This document shows, piece after piece, positions 1 through 13,276 of a DNA stretch of 64,000 nucleotides. The stretch is taken from the NCBI GenBank assembly GCA_028534125.1, contig CM052818.1:4466001-4530000 (forward strand), in the 5' to 3' direction. Numbering within the stretch: the stretch's first letter is position 1; every line of letters starts with the position of its first letter. The stretch comes from Lama glama (taxonomy: Eukaryota). Below the pieces are notes generated by a model. It was not told the DNA's origin. It saw only the letters and a program-made list of their open reading frames with translations, and searched no databases. The translations under genes were made by a program, and so were the position numbers.

Positions 1-699
1 ACATGAAGATGTGTTTTTATGATCTTGTAAATATATGCTTTTTCATTAGTTTACTTAGTATTTTGATTGGAACCACAATATAGATAAAACCAAAAGGGGA
101 AAACTACAGTACGATACAGTACACCTTCAGCAGGAAAAGCAGTGATAATCAAGTTGGAGAACAGCTTAGAAATAATGTGGTTTGATTTGTATCTACCTGG
201 AGTGGAAATGTTCTTATTCCCTTTTCTCCACACTTAGCCCAGGAATGCAGGGTGAGGATCAGCGGTGTCTCGGCGCTCTTAGCCTGCCTTCTGCATTAAC
301 TCTTCAGATGGAACTAACATATGAAAAGAAATTATATCAGGAAGCGTTTCAGGAAACCCTGTTGCCCAGCTTGGCCATCGAGGTTCACAGCATCGAGCAG
401 TTTACTGAGCTCTGTGGTCCTTTTCCTCATCTGGAATTTTTCACCTCCACAGTTCCTTCCAACTCTTTACATCACGTGGCTTATCTGTGACAGATTTTCT
501 TCCAGAACTCAATGAGCTCTGAAAACAATTCTAAGAATGTATTTTCAGGATTAAGTGTGTAGCTTCTTTTATGACATTTTTGGACAGTACTCACTTGCCT
601 GAGAAAGTTTTGATGTGCTGGATCATTTTGGGCCGTATCTTTTATATAAAGTAGGAGGAAGTTAGTGGTACCTAGCATTCACATTTTGAAAGAGCATTC

Positions 700-827
700 T
701 AGAAGAAAGAAAGCAAACACAATTACCAATATCAGTAAGAAAAGAATAACAAGGGAATATTATAAACAGTTCTATGCCAATAAGTTATACACTTTGGATG
801 AAATGGACAAATTCCTTGAAAAACAAA
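700..827 (+). mobile_element. L1 ORF2 fragment
   Basis: Translates to ITNISK...REYYKQFYANKLYTLDEMDKFLEK, the typical L1 ORF2 motif after the endonuclease domain. Confidence 0.85.
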
Positions 828-829
828 TA

Positions 830-946
830 CAGGCAGACCTCATTTTATTGCACTTTATTGTGCTTCAGAGATACTATTTTTTATTTTATTTATTTATTTA
901 TTTTAAATGGAAGGTTTGTGGCAGCCTTGCATCAACAAGTCTGTTG
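830..946 (+). mobile_element. Tigger1 5' terminal fragment
   Basis: TA|CAGGCAGACCTCATTTTATTGCACTTTATTGTGCTTCAGAGATA...AAATGGAAGGTTTGTGGCAGCCTTGCATC matches the Tigger1 left end. Confidence 0.85.
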
Positions 947-947
947 A

Positions 948-980
948 GGGGGTTGAGGGTATCGCTCAGCGGTAGCGAGC
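948..980 (+). mobile_element. 5' stub of tRNA-derived (Vic-1-like) SINE
   Basis: GAGGGTATCGCTCAGCGGTAG resembles the head of the SINE at 44343. Confidence 0.6.
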
Positions 981-984
981 CTTT

Positions 985-2140
985 TGAACAAAATACCTGT
1001 ATTTTTATATGGAGTTAAAGTTTACTCTTAACCATATTTATATACAAAACAACAACATGGATCATAAATTTAAACTTAAAAGCTGCAACTATAAGACTTC
1101 TAGAAGACACGGGAGAAAATCTTTACGACCAGGATAGGCGAAGATTTTTAATATATTTATAAAACATGAAGCATAAAAGAAAAAATGGGTTTCATCAGAA
1201 TTGGAAGTTTTTGCTCTTTAAAGACAGCTTACAGACTGGGAGAAGATACTCGACATGCCTACGCCTGACAAAGGACTTGTGTCAATCAGCGTAGAGAATT
1301 GCACAACTCTCTTTAACACAAGCCACTTTTTAAAAAACGTAGAAGATTAGCAGTCACTTAACAAATGAAGGATACATGAATTGCTAATAATCATGTGAAA
1401 AAGATGCTCAGGATCATTCATCCTCAGAGAAATGCAGGTTGAAAGTGTAATCACGTAATGCTGCCTTCCACCAAGATGGCCAAACTTAAAAAGACTGACT
1501 GTACCTCAGGCTGGCAAGGGGGTGGAGCTGGGATTCTCATGTACTGCTGACGGGAGTGTAAGGTGGTGCACCGCTTCAGGAAACTTTCTAACAGTTTCTG
1601 AAAATTAGACATTGTATTACTCTGTGACCCAGTAATTCCAGGAACACATTTGTTTACGAAAAGACTAAGTAGAAGATTCTTAATAGCTTTATTCCTAATA
1701 GTCCCAAACAGGAGACAATAGGAATGTCTATTAACGGGTGATTTCATGAGCTGTGATGCAGCCGTACAATGGCATACCTACACTCCTGTGCTGTAAAACA
1801 GAAGCAGCTGACATGTGAAGCAGCTTGGATCAGTGTAAAACACTTGATGAGAAAAAGAAGATAGACACAGGAGGGCATATGTATGACCCCATATACATGG
1901 AATTCTAGACAGAATTTAGTTACAGAAGGCAGAACAGTGGTTGCCTAGGGTCGTGGTGGGGAGGAGGTGGGGCGTGATTGCGATTGACTGGAAAGGGCCG
2001 GGGAACATCTTGGGATGATAGAAATGTGCTTTTTGTCTTGATTATAGTGATGCTTAAATAGGTGTATACATTTGTCAAAACCTATAGAACTGTAGTAATG
2101 CATTTTTGGAATATCAGTTATTTCTCAAAGTTGGTTTAAA
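985..2140 (+). mobile_element. Old L1 (L1M-type) ORF2 3' end and 3' UTR
   Basis: Degenerate L1 3' motifs (gactgggagaagata, tgacccagtaattcca, agaacagtggttgcctaggg, catttgtcaaaacc). Confidence 0.85.
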
Positions 2141-2556
2141 TTTTTTTATAGCATTTTGATTACAGCTTGGTAATTCTTTTGTTGGTGTGCAGGTCTAACT
2201 TTTGCATATTTGATAATTAATACATTTTAAAGTATGTAATAATTATAATTTAGAAACACCAAAAGCACATGTTGCCACTTGCATTAGGAAATTATGATAC
2301 ACCCCTAAAATCTAGACCTTTCAAGTGGGTGGAAGTTTTTCGTTGGTAGGAAAAGACCCAGCACAAATGTCCATATTTCATAATAATCTTTTTTGATTCT
2401 CTCAATATTGGTAAGGTGTTTTTTGTGCTTTGTTCTGTCGTCAAATCATTGTGTGCAGAATATAAATATTAGAATGCTAGTTTATACCCAAGGTCATTAA
2501 AAATTTGGGCAGTTTTTGGAGCTGCTTATGCAGTTTTATCTGTGGTGGTCTCTACT

Positions 2557-2570
2557 GCGCCCCCTGGTGG
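2557..2570 (-). promoter_or_regulatory. CTCF core motif
   Basis: Minus strand CCACCAGGGGGCGC, a perfect core consensus in otherwise AT-rich intron. Confidence 0.7.
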
Positions 2571-2934
2571 TTTTTATTTCTTTCTTGTGATAACATTGGA
2601 GATGTTTTGTAGGAGATGGATTTTACAACAGACTTTAAAACTTAATCTTTATGCTGAAAAGCTACCCAATAGCTTCTGTTGACAGTGCTATAAGGCTTTA
2701 TTCTTGTGGTGGTCTTTACAAGAGTTACTTGATACATGTTTCTCCATAAGTGATTTTATCCTGTCTGGTGGCTCTTTCCACAAAGCCTCTAAGATAGAGG
2801 TTCTGAGATCCCTAGTTAGGGATCTGTAGTTTTCATTTTATAGTGTAGTTCTAAATATCCTGCCATACAAAAGAGGCTGGGGAATCTCTTCTTAGAAATA
2901 CATAGTTAGAATGGGACTGGAACATTTAAAATAT

Positions 2935-3870
2935 GATGGCAGAAAATAAGGAAATGCTCAAAATGGGGATTATTGAAAAATCACACAGGAGCCAACTTCA
3001 GATAGTACGTAAGGAACAAAGCTGGAACAATTTGACTAATAAATAGTGACATTGGATTTAACCTATAAGATAGAATAAGGATCCCCCGGAGTCCATGCTG
3101 ATATGAGTAATTGATAAAGAAATAAATGGGGGGAAAGGGCAATTTTTAGTTTCTGTTTTTTATCAGGAGCATTCCAGTTAATAACGTGGGGAGAAGAAAA
3201 TCATTTTTAAGCAAGTACCACAGTAATAAAATTTTGCAAACAAAACCCACCAATGGATGCTAGAATTAGATCAGAGTTTGAGGATATTTGCACAGTCACA
3301 AAGTATACCCCCACCCCATAGGTTTTAACACAAAGGGAAAGATGGTGGATTCATAGTGGAGAAATCCGGCAGAAGCTGTGTTGGCCAAGTAAGCAAAAAT
3401 AACATCACCAGTGAAGAGCCGTGTTGACATCATGAGCCCTTTGTGTGAGGCACTGAGAAGGTCACGTCATTTCTGTGGTTTCCTGCGCCCGATGCCCAAA
3501 AGCATTCTGATCGTGAGAAAGCACCAGCAAGCTCAGCCTGAGGGCCGTTTCGCAAAATCCTGGAGTAAAGGTTTCAAAGTCATGAAAGGCAAGGGAGGAA
3601 TTAAGAGCTGTCACAAATTGGAGGAGACTAAAGAGAAACTACAAAAAAGTTGCAGAATTAATAGAGTTCCCAAATATCCCTCACCCAGCTTCCTCTGATG
3701 TAAACCTTTTGCAGACTTACAGTGCAGTTTATCAAAATCAAGAAATGAACATTTTTATAAAACTGTTCAACTATATTTTAGTGAAAACAGTGGTGACATT
3801 TGAAAGGTTTTCTTTTTCTTTTCCAGGATTCTATTCCAGATCCTACATTACGTTTAGTTGTGTCTTTGAA
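2935..3870. mobile_element. Old L1MC-type 3' UTR fragments (+ strand to ~3635, then a - strand piece)
   Basis: Characteristic motifs (agtggagaaatccggcaga, aacatcaccagt, ttggaggagactaaagaga; aaagttgcagaa...ccctcacccagcttcc). Confidence 0.7.
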
Positions 3871-5759
3871 AATATTATTATTGCTAGATGGATTTGATCA
3901 GACTTTGTTTTTAAGTCATTAATGGACTACTAGGTAATAAATTATAAAGTGCTTATTAAAAAATTCGAGCAATAAAAAAAAAGAATTTGAGCAATGGAGC
4001 AAGAGCCTTGCTGCTTGCTTGTTACTAGTATACAGTTACTGGGAATGGGCTAAAATTTGAGGGAAGTTTATTTCTCTACCATTTTGCTCATTTTCCTTTC
4101 ACCTAAAAGAGCTTAGATATAAAATTGTTTTTCCTTTTAATCCTAACAGTGGAGCAGCAGCTCGGTGTGTGTACAGTCGTAACAGTACCTGGAGAGCCAG
4201 GGGCCTGCATCTCTTCCCTTCTGTTGGGCATCTCTTGTGTTCTTTTTTTCTAAATGAGAAAAAAATACATCTGTAATAAAGGGAGATGGTTAATGTTCTT
4301 CATCTGGGAGGACGCTGAGTGAACAAGCAACCTTCTATCTCTTAATATTAGATGCTGTGGTATTAATATGTCCAGTTGAAAATATTTACTTCAATTTCCT
4401 GTAGCAACACGAGCTCTCTAAAAGCAACTTCTTAATTCTTGTATGTGGTGATATTAGGAAGATTCTTGAAATCACTTGTTAAAATGAGTAACCATGTAGA
4501 TTTCACATTTATTCCCAAGTAGACTCAGGAAGCGTTGATCTGGGTTAGGTCTCAACAGTTTAATTTGGTGTTTTCTGGGTAAACGTAATAATAACTGTAT
4601 TTTATAAACTCAGGCTAAGAGATCTGAGTTCTTAATATCTTGAACTTCAGAGACATATGTATATGTGACTTGATAAGATTATCTGTTACAGTGCTTTGTC
4701 TATTTAAATTAAATATGTAGGCATTTTCACCTACTAAAAAAGACAGTGCTCCCAAAGGTATCCTTACACAAAGTGGAAAAATAACTTGCATTTCAACTTG
4801 GCAAAACATAGAAAAAAGTATCTCTGAGTCACAAGATGAGTCAAGAGGGTGAGGTTTGTTTGTTTTTCCTTGTTCATCTGTTTTAAGAGAATATGATCCC
4901 AAGCAGTAGGGAGAGTCTTTGATGAATGTTGGTGCCCAAAGTTGGAATTTGTTCTTTAATATTCAACTTGGACTAAGTGCAGATCTGAAGTATTTAATGG
5001 TGCTGCCAGGATGGGTTTGATCTGCTTCAAAGATCTGTGCCTGATTTGTAGGAGGTGGGTAAGTGCTGCTGTTTCAGGAACTGAGCCCCTACTTCAGGGG
5101 TGCGTGTGACCCTGCAGCACAGCTCGTTTACCGTCCTGCCAAGTGGGAGCGCTGAGAAACTGCTTCTCTGGAGGTAGTAACGACCAGATAAGTCCCTTTG
5201 TTCCATACCTAAAAGGACTATTTGCTTTCTTAGCTCTTGGCTTTAAAAAATAAACATGGTATTGCCTTCCAAGCTAGCCATTTTAAAACACTATCATTAT
5301 TTAGGCACTGATTCCTCCGGATATTCAGCTAGCCTTCACTGGATCACCAGTACTGGGTAATCTAGACTGTGTCTTAACTCATCGCCGAATCCAGGCTGGA
5401 AGCCAGGGACAGGAAGGGGTGGTTGGAGAACAGATGCTGCCTCCTCTCAAACCACACTGGCTTCTTAAAGCAGCTCCGGGTGAGCTCTGGCTGCGTGGGC
5501 TACGTGACAGTGGTGACAGGTAGAGCGATGAGACTGGAACTCGAGCCTCCTCCTCATCCCTCAGGGGCCTTTGCAAGCCAGCGGTTGTCAGGTGAAGGTG
5601 CAGGCTCTGGCACGTTGCTTTGCCTTGGAGGAAGGTTTTAGCTATTTACCCAGAATGGGTATCAACTATTTTATATTGTTGCATAAGATATTTACAGCAA
5701 GAGAAAGTGAATGGATTTGAAATGTTGCTTTAAGGGTTTTTGCCAGAGAGTGAGTTAAT

Positions 5760-6020
5760 GAGATTCGTAAGTACAGGGTATGCAGTTAATAATCTCCCCT
5801 TTTTAAATCAGGAAAAAACTGATAGGGGGTCTCGAATGGGGAGTTCAAGAGGAGAAAGATGGAAATTTAAGTTGAGGCTAATATTGTTAAGGGCTTTATA
5901 CTTTTTATCCTGTTTGCATTAAGAAGCCACAAGAAGTTTTTTAAGCACAAGACGTAGCAATTTGGCTGACTGTGCCTTTGAGAAAGATTCCTGTTGGCAG
6001 TTTTAAGAAGGGTGGATTGA
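5760..6020 (-). mobile_element. L2 fragment
   Basis: gaagccacaagaagttttttaagca...gaaagattcctgttggcag, typical antisense L2 motif. Confidence 0.55.
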
Positions 6021-8666
6021 ACCAGGTGTATTTATTTGATGATTTATGACTCATCTATTATTTGTGATACTCATTCTTTCATTATGACTGTGGAGTGCTG
6101 TCTTCTGGGTCAGTGGGGTTTTCCAGGTAATTGAAACGTAATCCTTCAAGCACCTCAGTTTGAAAATACATTATGTAACTTTCTAAACTGTACTCATGTC
6201 CCAGCTTCCCTAAACAGAACCTGTCAGATAGTTTCCGTAAATATTACGGTACTACTTGCTGCCTTCCCTCTTTTTCATTAATGGTACACTCCGGAGCTGT
6301 TGCCACGTGCGACGGTCCCGGTTCGCCCGGGTCCTGTTGGAGGAGACGTTGTCTTTCCCTTTCTACCCGCGATCTGCATTAGGCACCCATCGTGTTCAGT
6401 TTCTTCATCACCTTTTCTGGTTCTGTGGTTGCAAACTAAGGCAAAACTAAAGATTGCTAGAAGAAAACAGGTAACTAATCCTTCCTTGGTATGTTGTAAA
6501 ACTAAGGCAGGCATGCAGGAAGGTAGCTCTTCAGCAAAATCGAGGAACTCTGAGAGACTTCTGAAGGGTTTGATGAGTGGTGTCTAGTTAGGTAAGTAGA
6601 GTTTACTTTAAATACTGATGATATTTTGATCAATAGGTTTTATATCCAAAATGCTTAGAATTAACACTCATTTAAAACATCTGTTGAACCCCTGTTACAT
6701 GCGGTGCACAGAACACCAGTGAAAGTCATGGGCTCTGCCCTGAGGTGGGGAGACGTGTAAATAAATGAGGTGAAAAGCATTCGTGGGACAGAATTTTTTT
6801 TCCCTCCAAAAGTAAGGGTATCTAATTTCATAACAGAAAATAGGAAAGGTTTGTTTGAACAGTTTGCTTTTATCGTCTATTCCATTAAAGAAGGATGAAT
6901 GCTCTATGCAGTTGGTGTTATCATGAAATGTATGTTTGAATTTTGAATTGGATTATTATAAATAAATGTATATTTTGCTTGAATATTCTTTGAAGTGGTG
7001 TCCATATGAATCATTGAATTAATTGTAAAGGTACTTACGCTGTAATATAACACGTGCATTTCTGAAAAACCTTGCGTGCTGCAAAGTCACATGTCTGGGA
7101 AAAACGTGGAGAGGGTGGACCACTCGTTATCCAGCTTTGTAACGGTGCTAATGCAGACAGTAGTGGTCTTGAAAATCACGAGCACGAATCACCTCTGGCG
7201 TTTGTAGTTAAGACCGTTACTGTTCACTTCCTAACCTTAAACTGGGGTTCGTGTTTCCTGTCTTGAGGTACAGGTTCTTGAGGGCATCTGTTTCAGCAGA
7301 AACTAATTTTGTAAAAATTAAGTAATGGGCCAGGGTATAGTCGCCTTTATTAATCGCTTTTGGTGGGGGCGATAGAAGGAGGGGAGGGAGACAAGGGAAA
7401 TCATCATGGAAGCTTGTTTGGTTGCAGCCCAAGTTTTCACCAGATAAGGTGAAGCCTTTAGGTTCCTGAAGCCACTAAACTTGCTGTTCTTGTCTCTAAG
7501 GAAAGCATTTGTTGTTTTCACCTTTTATTCCTTAAGGTTTTCATAGTTTACTAAGACTTTCTGTGTAATTTGAGAAAATGTGCCCCTGATCCCTTCCTGG
7601 CATACTGGGGACCAGTGACACTTCCATGCTCTGCGGACGTCACTCCCTTCTTCATCAGTTGCGTGGGAACTGATTCATCTTAGAGCAGCGTCTTATAATT
7701 GTACGGACTATACTCTAGGAGTGCAGATAATTATAGTTCTTATTCCATTTTGACATAATAGTTTTATATTCAAGAAATATATACTTTAACTTTGAAGTTT
7801 TTATGGTGAGGATGCCATCTATTTGAACTTTTAAAACAGTTTACAGTTTTAGTCCCTAATATTGTGGGCCACAGTACATATATACTCATGGGCAATGTAA
7901 CATTTGACTTGTTAAATTTTTTAAGTTGGTGGTTGTATTTAAATTTTTAACATATTTGTATTTCTGTTAAGCCATGGTCAAAATTATATGAATTAACCAT
8001 ATTTTAAAGAAATGATAACAGTAGTAGAATTTAGAAGATGAAGAAACCTTTTTCAAGAATGCATATGAGACCTGGTACTGAATTTTTACATACTGATTAC
8101 AAACTAATACAAACTTTTCTTAAGTTGTTTAGTTATTTTGTTTCTCTTTTAAAGCATTGAAAAGTGAATTTTGTTAGCTGTGATTCTTGCAGTTAAAAAA
8201 AAAAATTCCAGGTTTCATTTGCTCATACTTGCAAAGAATATCTCTGGAAGAATATTCAAGAAACTGGCAACATTGGAGGGAGGCTATGTTCAAATTTGGA
8301 ACCGTGAACTACGTTAAAATTGAAAAAGATACGTGAAAATCAGAGTGCTCTGGTACATAACAGAGAATGAGTCAGCCTGCCTGGTAAGAACCACCTGACT
8401 TCCGTGATCAGCTTAGCATGGTCAATCCTGTAATATCTTGGTGGTCAGCATACAGTTGGTGTATATTATGGCAGGTGCAGGCAGACAAAAGGGTAACCTA
8501 AAATACATATTTATGTTATATTTTCTTTGTTATAAGAAAGTAATCAACAGTAAATGTGACTCTTAATGAAATTGGAAATTAAACTATTGGGTAACTGCTG
8601 AATTTTTTCCTGATGATTATCATAAAATAATTTGGTAAATCTTGCTACCTCTTTGTTTGCTTTTAG

Positions 8667-8843
8667 TTGATGCTGATGAAATTAAAAGGCTAGGAAAGAG
8701 ATTTAAGAAGCTCGATTTGGACAATTCTGGGTCTTTGAGTGTGGAAGAGTTCATGTCTCTGCCTGAGTTACAACAAAATCCCCTAGTACAGCGAGTAATA
8801 GATATATTCGACACAGACGGGAATGGAGAAGTAGACTTTAAAG
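8667..8843 (+). CDS. PPP3R1: PPP3R1 coding exon (exon 3, 177 nt)
   Basis: ttttag|TTGATGCT...TTTAAAG|gtaaga; encodes [22 protein letters not shown]...GEVDFK. Confidence 0.97.
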
Positions 8844-11800
8844 GTAAGAAAGTCGTTTTTTTAAAGCTACAAGTTAGCCAATCTGTGAGTAGTCTTGCAG
8901 CTCTATATATGAAAATGTCTGAAAAATTTAGTTTTTCTTGAATGTCTTTACATTATTGGTGATCAGATTATAATAATAGACTACGTTAAAACCTCATAAT
9001 CTGTGGTATATGAACCTTAATGAACTAACAGAGAGATCGTTTACTTTTTGGTTCATAAGTGATTAAATTGTCCTTTAAGGTAATTTAAAAATGGGATTTA
9101 CTATTCCTTTTGTTCTTAGAAAATCAGTCTTTTTTGTTGTTGCTCAATTTCCTCTTTTTTTTTTTTTTAGAAAATCAGTCTCACTTTAGGAAAACTTAGC
9201 ATATTAGAAGCTGCATTTTTAAGGAAACCTTAAAGAATGAGACTTACACTTGAGCCAGCAATAAAAAATAACCTGTAGTCATCAGGATCTGAGCATTATC
9301 GTAGGAAGGATTAATTTAGTTAATCTAGATTTTACAAAGACACTTGGTAGTGCTTGTGCTAATATTAACGTGCTACATAATTTTACATTTGATTCTATAA
9401 AGTAAACAAATATTTCATTTCACTAGGGAATCAACAGATTTTGTTATTTTAGTTTTAGGAATGAATTATAAATGAGGGTATGGGTATGTAAGACTGGTTA
9501 TGATTTAGTGTTTAGCAGGCAGCAAAGAAGAATGACCCTTTGTCACAAAACTTCCAATAGTTTATTTAAATTATTCTCAATTTTGGAACCAGAAATCCAA
9601 AAAACTTTTTTTTCTGGCGAAACAACGTTAATCTTTTCTTAAAGTCCCTTTTTATAGTCATACTCCAGGAAGAAGGAGTTAAATAGCCTAAAGGAAATAA
9701 TGTTTTTGAGTGTTATGCTCTGTCGTAGTTAATGAATAAATATTTGTTCAAAATGACTTTACTTTAGAGAACTCTAAGTTCAAACTGAAAAAATAGAACT
9801 TTGTTGAAGTTCCAAATTTGGCTTTTTCGAACTTTTGCAGCAAGAAAATATCCTTTTGTGGGCATCTAGGGTGTTTTGGTTTGTATATGGGTGTGTATGT
9901 GTTTTTCTTTGTAAAAAAATGAAACTTCTGATTTGTAAACTTCTTTTATCTTTCTTCAGAGTTCATTGAGGGAGTCTCTCAATTCAGTGTCAAAGGAGAT
10001 AAAGAACAGAAGTTGAGGTGTAAGTGTTTCTCTTCTCTGCATTCATTCTCCCTCTTAGGTCACTGCATTATGACCTCTCTCTGTACTACAATATAACCTC
10101 CTTTTAAGATACTTTAAAAGATGTCTTTTATTCTAGATCCTTAGTAGACATGACAGAAATTTTACATTCTGGAGAAACTCCTTTTAGGACGTTTGCAACT
10201 AGTATTTTTTTTTAACGATGTGTCATTGTTGCTTTTAATTGGATTAAAGGAAGATAGAATTTCCTTTTACTGAAAACAGCCATATAAACTACATGTCTTG
10301 GGTAAGAGATTTTTTTTTAATTGAAATACAGTTGATGTACAGTATTTTGTAAGGTACAGGTGTTCAGTATGGTGATTCATAATTTTAAAGTTTATACTCC
10401 ATTTATAGTTCCTATAAAATATTGGCATGAAAGTGACTAGAGATGCTCTAATGTGATTAGGGCAAATTCACTGATACTCACTGTATTCAAAAATATTTAG
10501 CCAGAAGTCCACTATTTTGGTTTACATAGGCTGCCTCTGTTATAGTGAACATCTGATGTCTTTAAAAAATACTCAGCTCTTAACCAGAGAGGTGCATTTA
10601 CTAACAGTTCTCTGGGGCATAGGATACATGCAGCATCCTTTGCAATGAACTCTTGATATAAACGAGGTAACAGCAGTAGCAGCTGCTGCCTCTGGTTGTG
10701 CATTACCTCAGTCAGTGCTCTGAAGACCCTGGGGGGCGGGGACCGTTGTTAGCCCCGATTTTATATGTACAGAAACTGAAGTTCGGAAAGTGAAATGACT
10801 TACCTCTAGGTTACACTAATCGGACCAAGCAGTCTTGAATCCATAGCCCATAGACTCTTAACTATTTTCACCTAAAGGCAACATCTCTGTGTAGAAAGGA
10901 ACCGCCCTCACAGTTATAAGTCTAAGTGTTTGACAACATACGGTTTTCTTTCTGATTGAAAGTATTCATTTGTGGTTGCCTTATAATTGCCATTGATTTT
11001 CTTTACTCTTGTTTTTTTTTTTTTCCTTACTCTTTTTTTAGTTGCTTTCCGTATCTATGACATGGATAAAGATGGCTATATTTCCAATGGGGAACTCTTC
11101 CAGGTGCTGAAGATGATGGTGGGGAACAATCTGAAAGACACACAGTTACAGCAGATCGTAGACAAAACCATAATAAATGCAGATAAGGATGGAGATGGAA
11201 GAATATCCTTTGAAGAATTCTGTGCTGTGAGTACAGAGCTGGGTCTTCACAGTGTCGTTTCATAAAAACATTTTTAAAACTACTTAATAGAGAATTCCTT
11301 ATAGTTATTTTGCCCTAGAAATTTGTATATTTGATTTTGCCTACAGCCCCATATTCAGTTTTGAAATATTCTTTGTTGTAATTGTTAATAATTACCAATT
11401 TTTATTATTCTCAAGAAGTAATATTCTCAGCGACTGTCTGATAAAGTGCCATGAAAATGGTACTAGTAACTTTTACATGTTGTTGGTGTAGTGTCCCAAA
11501 TTAACAACTGATTTATTTGAAAATACTTTTTTTTTTTTTTGGAAAACACTTTTGTGGGAAATATATGTTCATGAGTTTTGGCTAGGAATCCAGAGGCCGG
11601 GCTTCATGCGGATGACAGCCATGGAGTCGCTGTCCGCTCTGGCCTCGGCAGCTAGGTGTCGCCCAGCTCCTTTTCTAAGCTGGTGGTGGGTAGGTCTTGT
11701 GATCTGGGGCAAGGGCTCTGCGGAGGCAGAGGTGGGGACGACAGTTCTGGGAAGCCCTGGGCAGCAGCTCGAGGTGGGAACTGGGGCAGCGGCTTAGCTC

Positions 11801-13245
11801 CCAGTTCACTGCTTCTCCTCCTTACTCCTGGCCTGGAGGCACAGGCACTAACTTTTTCATGCATTATAAGGAGTTTTAACTGCATGCTGGAGATACTAGA
11901 GAATCCGGAGAAGCGGCAAAGACAAAGAAAAAGCTTTGCAAATTTTCAGTCACCACCAGATGCTTCTATAGGAAGATTTTTTCCTCCTGTTCCTTTCATT
12001 TTTTATTTAAACCACACAAGGGAAAACGAATGACTCTGGTTGTATAAGGACCTAAGAAGCTACTTTGGCATTTAGGTAGACATTCACACTATCCTGTAAG
12101 TATCTTCTTTCATCGCAAGGGAATCCTATCTTTGCATTTTGTTTCAAAAAATAGGTGGTGCTCTAGTCTAAAGGACAGGCTAGGTCTTTTTGGAAGAGGG
12201 TTAGACAGGCTGGAGTCTGCACCTTGGAACCACTGCCTGGTGGTACTGCTGCCCCAGGGGCTTCTTACCCCTTCCGGCTTCCTCCTTCACCATCACTGAC
12301 CGTCACTGAGGGCCTCCCATGCGCTGGCATCAGATTGTGTGTGACATGAGGCCTGACTCGGAGTGGCATTATAGATGGCAGCCAGTTTTCAGACGAAGGG
12401 GAAAAAAATTTCAAGCCTTGAGGGAACAAAACAAAAATGGAAGACTCTTTGGCTGGAGTGAAATGGGGATGTATACAAGTGAAGACTACTTACACTTAGT
12501 AAATATAAAATGTAACTTAAAATTGCATGTGGATCACTTACCAGTGGAAGGAAATTAAAGTGCGTCTTTAGGTATAGAAATGATGCTGTTTACACTGGAG
12601 GCGTAAGCTAAGCTTTGAGATGGTTTTTCAGTATTTCTGATAAATTGCATTTAGTTCTGTTTTTGGAGAGCATAGTTGAGGAAGGAAGAAAGATGTTTGT
12701 TTTGTGTTTTAAACCAACTTTTTTGACCATTGAGCAAGCCTATACCTTTGGCTCTTTGAGTTCTCTTTATTCTGATTTCTTAAGCTGTCACGGTGAAAGA
12801 GAATGGAAATGTTACTTTAAAAGATCACATACTATATACCTACTTTAACATTTTTGGAATTCTTTATCTTGCAAAAATATTATAAATGATTCATGACAGG
12901 ATTAAAGTTGGTGGGTTGAACACGTATTTATTTTTGCTTCCTCTCAAAACTCCACTGAAATTAAATAGATTAAAAAGAAAGGGTATAAATCCACAAGGAC
13001 CAGGTGAAGAGCAGGGAGGACAGTAACTAGATGTGGTGGCTGCTGAAGCTGAACGGCTAACTGCTTTAGCAGACAGGACGGAAGTTCTAAGCTGTCAGCT
13101 CGGAAAGCTGAGAAACGTTACAATGCAGAACCCCTGAGAGGCTCAGGAAGGTGATGTAAGGTAGCTGAGAATGGGAATGAGAGTGAGGCTGACAGAAGAG
13201 CTGCTGAGAGAGAGAGAGAGGAGAGAGAGAGAGACAGAGAGAGAG

Positions 13246-13276
<31 letters not shown>

